Positions 1-12,925 are shown, counted from the whole stretch's first letter. The stretch: DNA of 63,892 nt, filler included, from Chiloscyllium plagiosum (GCF_004010195.1; 5 parts of one record of this genome joined end to end with filler, not necessarily neighbours in it); one strand, 5' to 3'. Numbers and translations are program-made. The notes: a model not told the origin generated them from the letters alone.

Positions 1-159
1 CTTTTCCAGCAACACATTTTCAGCTTCATGAATGCATAATTTGTACGGGATCTTCAAATCATTCAATACATTTGGTATTCAGTACTAAATAATTTCTGTG
101 TGGCTTGTAGAACATTTTTGAAAAGAACCTCTGGATGTTTGCAAATAACTCTGAAATAA

Positions 160-365
160 CTCTTCACAGGCCGGCCTCACATCACCAGTTGCCCTTTTAT
201 CCACACATGCATAGCCTACAGCAATAACAATGCCTCTCACTGAGTCAGGTATGCAGGGAGTCCAATACCTCTGACATTCATCCTTTTCTGTCAGCCAGGA
301 CTCCCTGATTGGTCCACATTAACAGCCCCATTCTGTGAACACATATTCTATGAGGTCCAGTTTAC
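160..365. mobile_element. possible solo-LTR remnant
   Basis: Segment ccctgattggtccacattaacagcccca...atattctatgaggtccag resembles LTR-type repeats I recall from shark DNA; no termini or TSD established. Confidence 0.3.
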
Positions 366-645
366 AAACTCCATATCTAAAGCCACCAAACATCGTTTCC
401 CAATTTAGCACAACCAACAGTGAGTGCTGTTAAATATTTAAATATGATATGCTGCTTATGTTGTATAAAAAGTACTAAAATTAAGCACTTTCCCTCAACT
501 TATTTTAAAATAAAACAAATTATTTTCATTTGACCCATAAAATAGAATTTTATCAGAAATTGATTCAATGCCAGTTTTACTGATTTTCACTGAGGGTTGC
601 TCTGCATAACGGCCAAGCAGGTTTTCTCACATTAATGTCACTGTG

Positions 646-1455
646 AACCCACACCAGCCAACTCCAACCCAGACTCCCCAGTCTGGCCTACCCCAACCAG
701 GAGTCCCGACTCCAGCCTACCCCAACCCAGACTCTGCAGTCTGGCCTATCCCAACCCAGACTCCCCAGTCCGGCCTACCCCAACCAGGAGTCCCGACTCC
801 AGCCTATCCCAACCCAGACTCTGCAGTCCGGCCTACCCCACCAGGAATCCCGACTCTGGCCTATCCCAACCTGGACTCCCCACTCCGGCCTACCCCAACC
901 CGGACTCCCCACTCCAGCTGGCCCCAACCCGGACTCCCCACTCCGGCTACACCCTACCCAGACTCTGCAGTCTGGCCTACCCCAACCCAGACTCTGCAGT
1001 CCAGCCTATCCCAACCAGGAATGCCGAGTCTGGCCTACCCCAACCCGGACTCCCCACTCTGGCCTAACCCAACCGGACTCCCCACTCCGGCCTACCCCAA
1101 CCTGGACTCCTTACTCTGACCTACCCCAACCTGGACTCCCCACTCCGGCCTAACGCAACCCGGTCTCCCCACTCCAGCCTACCCCAACCTGGACTCACCA
1201 CTCTGGCCTACCCCAACCCAGACTTCCCACTCCGGCCTACCCCAACCCAGACGCCCCACTCCGGCCTACCCCAACCCAGACTCTGCAGTCTGGCCTACCC
1301 CAACCAGGAATCCCGACTCTGGCCCACCCTAACCCAGACTCCCCACTCCGACCTACCCCAACCCGGACTGCCCACTCCAGCCTACCCCTACCCGGACTCC
1401 CAACTCTGGCCACACCCTACCCAGACTCTGCAGTCCGGCCTACCTCAACCAGGCA
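646..1455. repeat. C-rich minisatellite, ~29-bp unit (ccggcctaccccaacccggactccccact)
   Basis: Continuous tandem diverged copies of the unit; this explains the Pro-rich ORF 643..1119. Confidence 0.95.
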
Positions 1456-2699
1456 TTCCTGGACCTGTTGCTGCCACCACCTTGCCAATGCATGAAGTCC
1501 CTGCTCTGGGCCAACCACAATCACGAGGCTTTAGCTTGGCTCAAGGAGCTACCTCACTGACACCTGGAGTGTGAGTCATCGGCATCGAGATGCAGCCTGG
1601 TCCAAACTATGAGCTGAGGGTCTGTTCCTGGGTATAAAGTGTCCTCGCAGCAACATTGCTGTGAGAAGTGTTGGTCCACTCCAAAGTGCAGCTACAAGCT
1701 GCTCCCTGTGCATTGCCCCGAGACCTTAACACTGGGTGTCCAAGCCGAAGGCTTGGAGGAGCAAAAGTTGAGCTGGAGTCTCGGCGTACAAACATTGGGA
1801 ATTCTAAAACATCTAATTTCTATCTGGCAGATCGTAGAATGCGAGCCTGCATATTAATGAGGTGAGCTTAGGTACTAACCGATGTTTTAATGAGCAAGTA
1901 ATCCTTGTTAATCAGCTTCTCACTGCTCAAAACTGAGAACCGTGTCTCAATGTCTGAGATTTGTTTGAAAAATGCAAGATTTTGGTCTTAATGTCAACAA
2001 GGGTCTTACTCAATACCTCACCCAATTTTCCAAAACAAGCTGGGAAAACTCCCCCGTGTTGTTAACCATGAGCTTTGCTTACAATCACTACCCAGTTTTT
2101 GGAATTATTGTGGAGTTACCATCAGAAATGTTGAACTAATATTAGAAAGATAAGCAGAATGAGTTCGAATGAAAGGTCATCGTTCAGAACAATTTACTTT
2201 ACATGGCCTGTAAGACCTGCTGAAGAATTTTCTAATGTATTCTGTTTTTATTTCAGACTCCCTGCATCCCCAGCATTCTACTTCCATAGCAAAATGATAT
2301 ATTCTGAAAATTAAATTGCAGTTTCGTTTGTGATGTGGTCACTCTCACCAAGGAGTTGTGAGCTAACAACGTCGTATGGGAGATGACTGCAAAGAAACAA
2401 GAATATATAAGACAGTATTGTATGCGTTATTTTGCTGTTTTTGTCTGTGTGTTATAAACAACAGAAAGAGCTCCATTTAGCAGCAGCTCCACTGTATCTA
2501 AACAAGCCTAGTTTGTGTTTACACTTTGCCTGTTCCTGAGCAACAGCAGTACGTCAAAACTCCACTGTCATTGTTAAGGTTCATGATAATAAGTTTCTCC
2601 AGAAATTGTGTCTTGTCATAGGAGCATCAAGAGAACAATAGTTTCTCTCATGGTGAACGTCATTGACATCAATTCCGGTCAATGGTTTTGATTTAGTAC

Positions 2700-3230
2700 A
2701 GTTACAACAAGTTGCATTCAAGTGGCACCTTCAATGCAAACATCACAAAGCACTTCTCCTGAATGTTGTCAGATAAAAAATGCTAATACCACCTCAGGGC
2801 ATATTAGAATAAGTCAAAGGTTGGTTAATGCTTTTTTTCACACAGCAAGTGGTTCATGTGTGGGATGAACTTCCAGAAGAAGTTATGGATGGGGGTACCA
2901 TTACAACGTTTAGAAAAGACATTTAGATAAGTACATGAATAAGAAATGTTCGGAGGGATAGGGGCAAAGCACAGGCAGGTGGGACTAGTTCAGTTTGGGA
3001 TTGTGGTCAGCATAGACTGGTTGGACCGAAGGGTCTGTTTCCGTGCTGTAGGTCTCTATGACAAAGTAGGAGATGTTAACGAGAATTTTAAAAGAAAAGA
3101 GAGAGAGGTAGGGAGGCCAAGAGGGTTTAGGGAGTGAATTCCAGAGTTTAGGATTGAGTGGCTATAATGAATTACCATCGATGTGGAGAAAGAATTTGGG
3201 GGAGCACATAAGACCAGAACCATAAGAACA
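2700..3230 (-). mobile_element. L2-type LINE 3' remnant, interrupted by a CR1 3' tail (2830-3062, +)
   Basis: gagagaggtagggagg...gggtttagggagtgaattccagag block typical of L2 3' ends (related pieces at ~9310-9510 and ~15350-15590); inner part matches the CR1 tail ggaccgaagggtctgtttcc...ctctatga. Confidence 0.6.
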
Positions 3231-3269
3231 CACAGTAGATATTCAGTTCTACATAATCTTCATAACTTT

Positions 3270-3680
3270 GCTCAGTGGTAGCACACATAACCTTTGATTC
3301 CAAATGTCAAGGATTCAAGCCCACCTCCAGATATCTGAATAAGAAAACTAGGCCGATTCCTCAGCATACCGTTAAGGTCAGGAGTGCTGCATTGTTGGCT
3401 TATCACCTGGTGGGGGAGATATAAAACCACACCTGTCCCCTCACGGGGGAAAAAAAAATCAGCAATCTGAAAACTCCAAGGGAAGCTTTTTTTGTTTCCT
3501 AGCAGTACTTACCCTCAAAGAACGCCACAAAATCACCTGGTCGTTTAGGTTATTTGCAGCATTTTGTGATTCACAGATTGTATTCTACCTGCTATGTTTT
3601 CCCACATTATAAGGTGAATATACTTCATAAAAGTACATCATTTATTTTAAATTTATCAATTGTTTTCATTTTTACAAAAA
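3270..3680 (+). mobile_element. degenerate DeuSINE-like (SacSINE1/AmnSINE-type) tRNA-derived SINE
   Basis: A/B-box-like head (ctcagtggtagc...ggattcaagccc) followed by ggagtgctgcattgttgg; related pieces at ~22800-22975 and ~38405-38490. Confidence 0.45.
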
Positions 3681-4236
3681 CAGTATACCCTGAATTCTAT
3701 GTTACTGTAAACAGTCCTGATAACCAGAATGCTCAAAACAGCTTTTGTCAGGAATTCTGACCAGCATTTTCTCTCTCATTTTCTTTTCTTCTAAATGGAT
3801 CTCCAAGATCTGTGTGCAACAGGAACTTCTCAAAATCAGAGTCAATGCTGTGTAACACATTGGCACACCAATCACCATGCACTGACAGCTGCACAGTTTA
3901 CAGGGAACGTTGGTTCCAACGGGGATCAACTGTTTCAACAATAGAAGAGGTGTTATAAATATCTTCCATCAACCTGTTCCTTAATTATAAACCTCTGGAG
4001 CAGGTGGGACTTGAACCAGGGCTCAATAGAAATCATCTGACAAGGATCTTCGATTCTTGGCCTACTCTTGCTCTTCTGGTCATTTGAAACTAATTTTGAA
4101 TCACACGGAAAGTATAATTGAAAATGATATCAAGTATCGCTTATTCAAAAAGTTTGGGGCTTGAAACCCCTTGGCCCATGTCCTTATCCAAACTCCGCTA
4201 CACCCCAAGCCTTGTTATCAAATGGTCTGCTATTAC

Positions 4237-4660
4237 CTGAAATGTTGATTTTCCTGCTCCTCGGATGCTGCCTGAACTGCTGTGCTTTTCCAGCAGCACT
4301 CTAATCTAGAATCTGGTTTCCAGCATCTGCAGTCATTGTTTTTACCTCGTTGATTTTAACCCCACTGCAAATCCTCTTGCAAGGATGCCTGCCTTGAAGA
4401 AGTTTTCCTCCTCTCTCTGCAAGAGTCTCAGGGAGTCTCCCACTGCAACTCCCAGGTCATTTCTCCTCATTTCCCCTTCCCTCACCTCATGCCAGTTCCA
4501 AACTTCCAGCTCAGCACTGTCCCCATGACTTGTCCTGAAGGGCTTTTGCTTGAAACGTCGATTTTGCTGCTCCTCAGATGCTGCCTGAACTGCTGTGCTT
4601 TTCCAGCACCACTCTAATCTAAAATCTGGTTTCCAGCATCTGCAGTCATTGTTTTTACCT
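4237..4660 (+). mobile_element. PLE-derived insertion with two tandem pseudo-LTR ends, nested in an older PLE 3' remnant (~4170-4965)
   Basis: Direct repeats 4237-4348 and ~4550-4660; 9-bp TSD tgctattac (4228-4236, 4661-4669); degenerate hammerhead at ~4535-4560. Confidence 0.8.
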
Positions 4661-5209
4661 TGCTATTACACACAACCCATTGTCAGCCATTAGTTGCCCT
4701 CATCAATAACCATTCATGCTTCCAGACTGATCATTATCTGCTCCTTTATCTGTCCAACTGGTTTCTCTTTCTTTGGGTTCTATCCCTTCCCATTGTTTAC
4801 TCCTTACCCGTTTTCTCCCGCCCTATCCTCTGCATAAAAAAAACATTTTCCTAGCTACCATCAGTTCTGAGGAAGGGTCACTGGTTCCAAAATGTTAACT
4901 CTGATTTCTCTTCACAAATTCTGCCAGACATGCTGAGATTTTCCAGCAACTTCTCTTTTTGTCTCAAAAACCTACCTGCTCACCAATGTTCAGTTTGAAT
5001 TTGGTAAGACCGCTTGTCTGAAATCTCAATTTAGCGTGATCCAAACATGAACAAAAAAAGTCAAATCCTGAGATGAGCTGAGAATGACCGCCCTTGATAT
5101 CAGGCAGTATTTGATTGAGTATATCATCAAGAAGTCCTCAGAAAATTGAAGTCAATTCGACTCCAGACAAAAATTTTTCCATTGGTTGGATTCATAGCTA
5201 GCACAAAAG

Positions 5210-6650
5210 GAGTTTGTTGGAGACCAGTTGCTGCAGGAATTCCTCAGGCAAGGGAGCTAACCCTAACCGCCTTTACCTGTTTCATTGAGGATCTTCCCTC
5301 CAAAATCAATTAACAAGTTATCCCCATGTCTTTGTGGGCTTCCTCCCAGTGCTCTAGTTCCCTCCCACAACCAAAGATGTGCAGGTCAGGTGGATTGGCC
5401 ATGAGAAATTGCCCAGAGTGTCCAGGGATATGCAGGCAAGGTGGATCAGCCATGGAAAATGCAGGGTTGCTGTGGGATTGTGGGTATAGGGATGATCTTC
5501 GGAGGGTCAGTGTGGACTTGAGGGGCCAAATGCCCTCTACCTGCACTGTAGGCCTTCTGTGATTCTATCAAGTGGGGATTGCAAAATGTTCAGCACCATT
5601 CACAATCCCTAAAACCTAACACAGTCCATGTCCATCTGCAGCAAGCTCCGCTGCAATCATCATTCTTATCCTTGGGCTATGTTTAGAGCTTCACATATGA
5701 CCCTCCCTCCATCATACAGTCAGAACCAGGGATATTTGCTGATGATTGTAAGTGTTCAGTTCTGTTCTCAATTTCTCAGGTAATGAATCCATCCCCTTGC
5801 CCCTCACACCAAAACCTTGGATAGCATCCAAGCTTGAACTGATAAATTGGAAGAAATGATGTCATCATACTAGTTCATTTCCAAAGAGTCTCCCACCAGC
5901 AAGATCCTGAGGATTTGTGGAGAGTGAGGTGACTTGTTGGGTTGGCGTGGGGGTTGGCATTGTAACAACCAGTGATCAGAAAAATCCCCAAGGCCAGCTG
6001 ATGTAACATTGTGGCTTCAACGGCAAATCACTGATATTCAGTCCTGATGAAGGGCTTTTGCCCGAAACGTTGATTTTCCTGCTCCTCGGATGCTGCCTGA
6101 CCTGCTGTGCTTTTCCAGCACCACTCTAATCTAGACTCTGATGCCCAACATCTGCAGTCCTCACTTTTGCCTATTCTGTAGCCCATGTCTCCCCTCCTGG
6201 ACCCCAGAGCACTTCTTCCATCTCACAAGCCAGGAGTTGGACAGAATGTTCTCCATCTCCATGGCTAGGTGTAGCTCCAACAACATTCAAGAAATGTCAC
6301 TCAACCAAAAGTACAGCAGAGCATCTGATTGGCACAGCAACCACGAACACAATATACAATTCCCTGCATCAACCACATTTCATGATTGCAATGTTTCCCA
6401 TCTACAGAATGGATGACAGTAACTCAGCAATACTTTGCCTGCAGCACCTCCTAAACTCACAATCAGTCAATCCTGACGTGGACATATTTCACAGTTCCCT
6501 CATCATCACACCTTATCTGACAATGCAGTGTGTCTTCACTGCATGGGCTGTATTGTTTCAAGAAGATGGCTCAACATCGCCATCTCAAGGACAACTAGTG
6601 ATGAGTAACACATGCCAGCCTTCCCAGCAACACTGACACCTCAGAATGAA
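5210..6650 (+). mobile_element. decayed LINE (second CR1/L2-group family), RT to 3' end, with nested HE1 SINE (5318-5568) and PLE piece (6043-6170)
   Basis: ttcctcagg..c (PQGS-like) and atatttgctgatgattg (FADD) motifs; 3' end matches copies at 14075-14350 and 30248-30665. Confidence 0.6.
6044..6071 (+). ncRNA. minimal type-I hammerhead ribozyme motif (PLE pseudo-LTR)
   Basis: CTGATGA-a-GGGC-tttt-GCCC-GAAA-CG-TT: conserved core, 4-bp helix II, palindromic ACGT in place of helix III. Confidence 0.75.
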
Positions 6651-7750
6651 AATATATACAGACTCCTCAAGCCTGAATGAAAGAGGAATTGACCTGTGAT
6701 TGGAAAAATCCCCGGAGATAATGATTTCATCATTGTGTGCTAATTTCTTTCAGAATTGCATAATTTTGTTTCCAAATAGGATTCATGAAGCTGTATGCTA
6801 AGGCAGATCACAAAATTAAAATATGAACTGAAAGCAGGTTTGAAAAGAAAAATCTTGTAGATTTATGGTAGCTATTCTTGAAAAGTGCTTGGTTTCTCAT
6901 TCCTGCTAAGTAGCTTTTTAACTCCTATCCAATTTTACAATATTAGTATGGTTAATTCAAGAGAAAGTGAATATTTGGTACATTTGGAACCAAATGCCTC
7001 GAGATTTTTTTTGCACCTTATGCATTGTTAATTTTGCATTTTCTGTTGGTAATTAGTTGGGAGTAGGAGGCAGACAATGCGAATAAAGAGATTATGCTCT
7101 GAATGGTAATATGAGAAAACAGCGAATACTGGAAAAACAGCTGCATTTCAGCTAACTGCTATTAGGAAGAGTGAGGAGTGAAAAAATATGGATTCATAAT
7201 AGCAGAACTTGGAAGCATGCTTTTTCTCTCTGTTCCTGTCAGTATCTCTCAAAAAGCAATGCTTGGTTATAAAGCATATTGGAGAATGATTCATTAAATA
7301 AGAATTCAAAGATATCTACTAATTTTCCTACTGTTGAGGATACGAATCAACGAGTAAATAACCAGGTTAAACCTAACAGCAGAAGAAAAGACATTAGGGA
7401 CTTTTTAAACTGCATTTTTGGATTTGACACTCTCACCCTTTTTTAGACTCTGCACCTGTGATTGTGAATGAGTTTGATGTGTGTTATTTTTCTCAGGGTT
7501 AAGTAAATAATAAAATTCCTTTCTTTTTCAACTCAAGAAAATTTTGTAATGAGACCTATAATTTTGAATACTGGATTATGGAATATTGAATTGTGACATA
7601 GCTACATGCTAAAATAAAATTTTAAAAAACACTTTGTGTGACCAACACAGGGGGTTAATATTTCTAATCAACTGTTCACAAATCTTATTACACATCACTC
7701 CAGCAAGGGGTCCTGGCTCAGCACAAGGGAGTTAAAATATTTTCTAACTG

Positions 7751-8070
7751 ATCAGAGATCAGATTCCCCACAGTGTGGAAACAGGCCCTTCGGCCCAACA
7801 AGTCCACACTGACCCTCCGAAGAGTAGCCCACCCAGACTCATTTCCCTACATTTACCCCTGACTAATGCACCTAAAACTATGGGCGATTTAGCATGACCA
7901 ATTCACTGGACCTACACATCTTTTGGAATGTGGGAGGAAACCGGAGCACCAGGAGGAAACCCACACAGACACAGGAAAATGGCAAACTCGACACAGACAG
8001 TCGCCTGACACCAGAGTCAAACCTGGTGCTGTGAGGCAGCGGTGCTAACCACTGAGCCACCATGCTGCCC
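7751..8070 (-). mobile_element. HE1-type V-SINE (tRNA-derived head, V-domain, CR1-like tail)
   Basis: Reverse complement gggcagcatggtggctcagtggttagcac...ggtttcctcctggtgctccggtttcctcccaca...gggccgaagggcctgtttccacactgt. Confidence 0.9.
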
Positions 8071-8519
8071 TATTTGCAGCATCTGGACACATAGATCTTA
8101 ACACATATCTCTGGAACTGGTGGAGCTTGGACCTGGGTCTCTTTGCCTAGAGATAGGAGTTCTAACACTGCACCACAAGAGCCAAAAGCAGTGTTTAAAA
8201 GAGGGAAGAGGTGATTGACCCCACATGATACTAATAGAATTTATAGCAAAAATTTACAGTGGGATGTAACTGAAATTATACATTGAAAAATTGAATTTCA
8301 CTGTATTCTAACAGATAAAAGGCTTAACANNNNNNNNNNNNNNNNNNNNNNNNNNNNNNNNNNNNNNNNNNNNNNNNNNNNNNNNNNNNNNNNNNNNNTT
8401 GGACTATAACCTGGTGTTGTGTGATTTTTAACTTTGTACACCCCAGTCCAACACCGGCCTCTAAATCATGAATAGAATACAGTTGTATAGCCATGTTTCT
8501 GGTGCCCTCTTGTGGTCAG

Positions 8520-8753
8520 AGCTGAAAAATGTGTTGCTGGAAAAGCGCAGCAGGTCAGGCAACATCCAGGGAGCAGGAGAATCGACGTTTCGGGCATAAG
8601 CCCTTCTTCATGAATCTCTGAATTCTGATTCCTGAAGGAGGTCTTTGCCGAAACGTCGATTCTCCTGCTCCTTGGATGCTGCCTAACCTGCTGGGCTTTT
8701 CCAGCAACACATTTTTCAGCTCTGATCTCCAGCATCTGCAGTCCTCACTTCCT
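8520..8753. mobile_element. fold-back PLE-derived element with a hammerhead motif on each strand
   Basis: ~100-bp inverted arms around ~8620, unpaired 3' tail, 15-bp TSD ccctcttgtggtcag (8505-8519, 8754-8768). Confidence 0.9.
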
Positions 8754-8769
8754 CCCTCTTGTGGTCAGT

Positions 8770-9130
8770 TGATCCTTGGACTGGGAAGCCCAGGTTAAAG
8801 TCCTACCTGCTCCAGAGGTAAGTAATAACATCTCCGAACAGATTCAGTCAGGAAAGAAAATCCACAGTTGTAGGGCTGCAGAGGCAGTATCCCTACCCCT
8901 GGATCAGGAGGCCCTGTTTCAAGTCTCAAGTGCTCCAGAGGCAAGTAACAACATCTCTGAATATGTTGATTAGAAAGCTAGGTTAAATTAAAACATTGAA
9001 AATATTATAGCCACGTTTGAAAAGATGTTTGTGGTACAGTGGTTGTGTCCCTACCTATGAGCTAGGAGACCTGTGTTTAAGTCCCACTTGTTCCAAAGAT
9101 GTGAAAGACATTGCTGAACAGGTTGATTCA
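8770..9130 (+). repeat. three tandem diverged copies of a short tRNA-derived SINE
   Basis: Repeated ..aagtc....gctccagagg..agtaa.aacatct..gaa.a.g/att units with B-box-like gttcaagtcc variants; minus-strand copies at ~3950-4025, ~7665-7730 and ~8075-8183. Confidence 0.65.
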
Positions 9131-11005
9131 CTTTTTAAAAATATATCTGATAAAAAATTGCAAGATACATTTACTTGTATTCCAGGAGCAGAAGGTTACA
9201 AAGGGACATGGATTGGTCACAAATCCCTTTTCTTGGATACTCAGAGACATAACTAACATTGAGTCTCAGGTCGCCTCATCCTCAACAGTATCAAACACAC
9301 CATTAACGGGAGTGAATATGTGCACAATGTCTTTATTGTTGCAAAATATCCCAAGGCAAAAATGATATCAAGCATAATTTCACAGTCACACTGGACATAG
9401 GAGAGCAGACAAGTAAGGGTTTGGTCAAACAGATAGATTTTTACTGAACATCTTGAAGGAAATAAAAAAAGAAAGAGAGGCAGAGGGGTTTAAGAAGGAA
9501 ATTTGCTTGATTTTGTGAGCTCAGTTAGAGATTATTAAGTGTTCATGTTTGTGTATGTGGTCACAGATTATTTATTAAGTGTTTGTGTGTGAAAATGAGG
9601 ATATTGATTCCTGAAGATGTATTCTTGAATAAGAAACAGCAGTAGCCATTAAGGATCCTCAGATACGTGAGACTGCTTAGTGGCTTTGGATGATTACATT
9701 TTGTACAATAAACCACTTTTTCACTGAACACATTAATCATTCAGTCTTTCATTGTCATTTGTGCAGGTTGTAACCATGCCAGGTACTTCTTCCTCATTTA
9801 ATGCTGTGATTGTTGCTATAGCAGCCATTCGTTCATGCTTAACTCCTTTATTTACTTGTCAATTATAATTTGAGGTGTTTTGGACAATCAGAAGCATGGC
9901 ATCGCTTGCAAATGCGTCAGCATCCAAAAACATTGGTGAACACTCAATAATACATACACATTTTATTTTTGCTCAGCATATCACTATTTAAGAGCTAAGA
10001 TGCAGGAAATACAACATAAATAGCATGGTTGGGTGGATTTAAAGACTTGCAGGATCCAACATGATAAATCTCCATAATTTAGATACAGGTGAAATATTAA
10101 AAGTCTGACTTACAATTTAGTGTAAAATTTCTATGTCTGTTAGTGGAGAATTTAATTTTTCAATATATTATAGATTAAAGGACTACAGTCCAATGCATAG
10201 GCTTTTGAAGTATGCTCAATGAAGTTCATTATATAGGGTAAAGAATGGATGGTGCCACACTCAGGTGACAGATTTCCAAACACACCTGTTATCAGTTCCA
10301 GTCGAGTTGCATGTTTACCTGATCGTGCATTAGAGCTAGACCCCTCAAAGCATTGCCAACTGCTGTTGTACTCAACAGCGAGCCATACAATCATTGTGTT
10401 AATGCAACATGGTATCCTCAAAAGTATCCCTCCCATTTACAAGGAAACGACAACGAATGACAACAGATACTACAGGGTGCTATTGCTGCAATTCTAAATG
10501 AGAAGATTGTAACACCAGGGCATAGAGACAGGTTCCAGATTCACAGACCCCTATTGATGAAAGCGAATAGGAAGAGAGGCAGAATGATTTCACAAGGACC
10601 AGATCTCTCTCAGAGAGAACAATCCAGAGCCAAGGAGATAGGGTGATCGGCGGGGTCAACCCCCAGTAGTGCAGTGCCACAAGAATGTCATTAATCTGGC
10701 ATGGGTGGTCAAGGTCAGTGAATGCATCTTCACATGACTTTTCACATCTATGCCCGATAACACCTAATTCTTCTGCCTAACAAGAATCTATCAACTCTGG
10801 CTTAAAAGTACACAATGACATGGTCTCCAACACTGTGAGGCACTCATCATGTCCTCTCAGTCAGACAAAAGCCTATTTCTGCACATTCTCTGTTCACTGC
10901 CAACCAACCAATCTTCAAACCAGCACGCATGTTGCCCCTAACATCATAATATTTTATTTTCCACAATAGCCTTTGACATGACACCTTATCAGAGGTCTTT
11001 CCCCC

Positions 11006-11305
11006 TCGGGTGACCGTCTGTGTGGAGTTTGCACATTTTCCTCATGTCTGCGTGAGTTTCCTCTGGGTGCTCTGGTTTCCTCCCATAGTCCAAAGATGAG
11101 CTGATCAGATGGACTGGTTTTGCTAAATTGCTTCATAGTGTCCAGGGATGTGCTAGCTAGGTGGATTAGCCATGGGAAATACAGGGTTACAATGATAGGG
11201 TGGGGGGTGGAGGGGTGGATCTGGGACGGATGTTGTTCGAAAGGTCTGTGTGGACTGGATGGGCCATACGTTTTACATCCACACTGTAGGGATTCTGTGG
11301 TTCTG
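11006..11305 (+). mobile_element. HE1-type V-SINE, 5'-truncated
   Basis: gaccgtctgtgtggagtttgcacattttcctcatgtctgcgtgagtttcctctgggtgctctggtttcctccca...cacactgtagggattct. Confidence 0.85.
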
Positions 11306-11309
11306 AAGA

Positions 11310-12030
11310 TCAATGTAAGGTATACCCTTCAAAATTGGGAAATTAAAACTTTTCATCCTGAAGATATTTCTCCATAATATACTTCAATGTACATTGTCAA
11401 TCCATTAAATTTGTTATGAACACTGCACACAGTCAGAAGCAAAGTCTTTGTAGTTGTCTTTTTGTGATCTTTGTAACATCTAGTTTTGATTGTTGGTGTC
11501 CTATTAATTTTTTTCTATTTGTCCCTTCTGACCATTTGCTAACCCTCATTCCCCATATTCCAAAATCTCTTACCTTTTCTTTGCTCTTTGATGTACCACA
11601 TATTTCCACTTTTGATCTCTTGCACCTTATTTCATTTATAACTTTCCCCACTTCCCCCATTATGGAGATTGCAAGAACTTCGATCTCAGCATGGTTCAGG
11701 TATAGCCAGTTCCATTGGTCCAGCACCCTCTTTCTCTAGTACTGGTGCCAGTGGCCCATGAATCAGAACCCACTTCCTCCACACCAGCCTTTCAGCTACT
11801 ACAAGTGTTCTATACCCTACACCAATTTGTATCCAGAGATTATACCCTTACAGTTTCTGCTTTCTCTTAACGTAATACTCATCATACCTTCTATGCTAAC
11901 CTCTTCCGAGTTCTACTTATGTTATTGGTATCTACATTGACCATGATCATTTCTACTGCCCCTCCCACTGCAAGTTCCTTTCCAGCTCTGAGCAGATGTC
12001 CTGAACCCTGGCATTAGACAGGTAGACACC
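11310..12030 (-). mobile_element. decayed CR1 ORF1-end/ORF2-start fragment
   Basis: LDQWNWLYLNHAEIEVLA resembles the C-terminus of the CR1 ORF1 esterase; heavily disrupted. Confidence 0.45.
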
Positions 12031-12031
12031 G

Positions 12032-12245
12032 TCATAGAGTCATAGAGATGTACAGCATGGAAACAGACTCTTCGGTCCAACCCTTCCATGCCGACCAGAT
12101 ATCCCAACCCAATCTAGTCCCACCTGCCAGCACCCGGCCCATATCCCTCCAAACCCTTCCTATTCATATACCCATCCAAATGCCTCTTAAGTGTTGCAAT
12201 TGTACCAGCCTCCACCACATCCTCTGGCAGCTCATTCCATACACG
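12032..12245 (-). mobile_element. CR1/HER1 3' end
   Basis: Near-identical to the reverse complement of 35590-35797, including the (atgactct)n tail. Confidence 0.9.
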
Positions 12246-12480
12246 TACTCTTGCTCTCTGCTGCAGAGAACTTTGTTAATCCCCCTCACTATATGATCAT
12301 CTACTGCTGTTATATTCCTTTTAGCTACCTCCATTTAATTGGCTTCCTGTACCATGGTGCCATGGTCAGTTTTTACATCCAACCCACAGCCTATGCTTAC
12401 ACCTGTAAAGGTTCAGAGAGAATCAAATTTATTGGACATTTACAGGGTTTGACAATCCTGCCCTCTGGGTTCCCTTTTTT

Positions 12481-12925
12481 TTATTCATTCACGGGATGAA
12501 GTCATTGCTGGCTGAGTCAACATTTGTTGCCCATCCCTAACTGCCCAGTGGGCAGTCAACCACATTGCTGTGAGTCTGGAGTCACATGTAGGCCAGATCA
12601 GGGAAGGATGGCAGTTTCCTTCCCTCAAGGACATTAGTGAACCAGATGGGATTTTCTGACAATCGACAATGGATTTGTGGTCATCAGTCAACCCTTAATT
12701 CCAGATTCTCTTTAAAATTAAATTCACATTCCACCATCTGCCACAGCAGGATTCGAACCCAGGTCCACAGAATATTACCTGGGTCTCTGGATTAACAGGG
12801 CTTTTGCCCGAAACGTCAATTTTCCTATTCATCGGATGCTGCCTGACCTGCTGTGCTTTTCCAGCACCACTCTAATCTAGTCTCCGGATTAACAGTCCAG
12901 CGATGATACCACCAGGTCATCATCT
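12481..12925 (-). mobile_element. tRNA-derived SINE (second family) with nested PLE piece at 12799-12879
   Basis: B-box gggttcgaatcc on the minus strand; homologues at 25645-26050 and 45850-46145; nested piece has TSD gtctc(t/c)ggattaacag (12783-12798, 12880-12895). Confidence 0.8.

Noticed and set aside
643..1119. 158-aa Pro-rich ORF
   Set aside because: Translation of a 29-bp minisatellite; GTG start and a unit length that is not a multiple of 3.
646..1455. CRISPR-like array
   Set aside because: No unique spacers, no cas genes, eukaryotic context.
7995..8070. tRNA genes (also ~16170, ~19680, ~12750, ~59380)
   Set aside because: A/B boxes are SINE heads that continue into SINE bodies; no intact cloverleaf.
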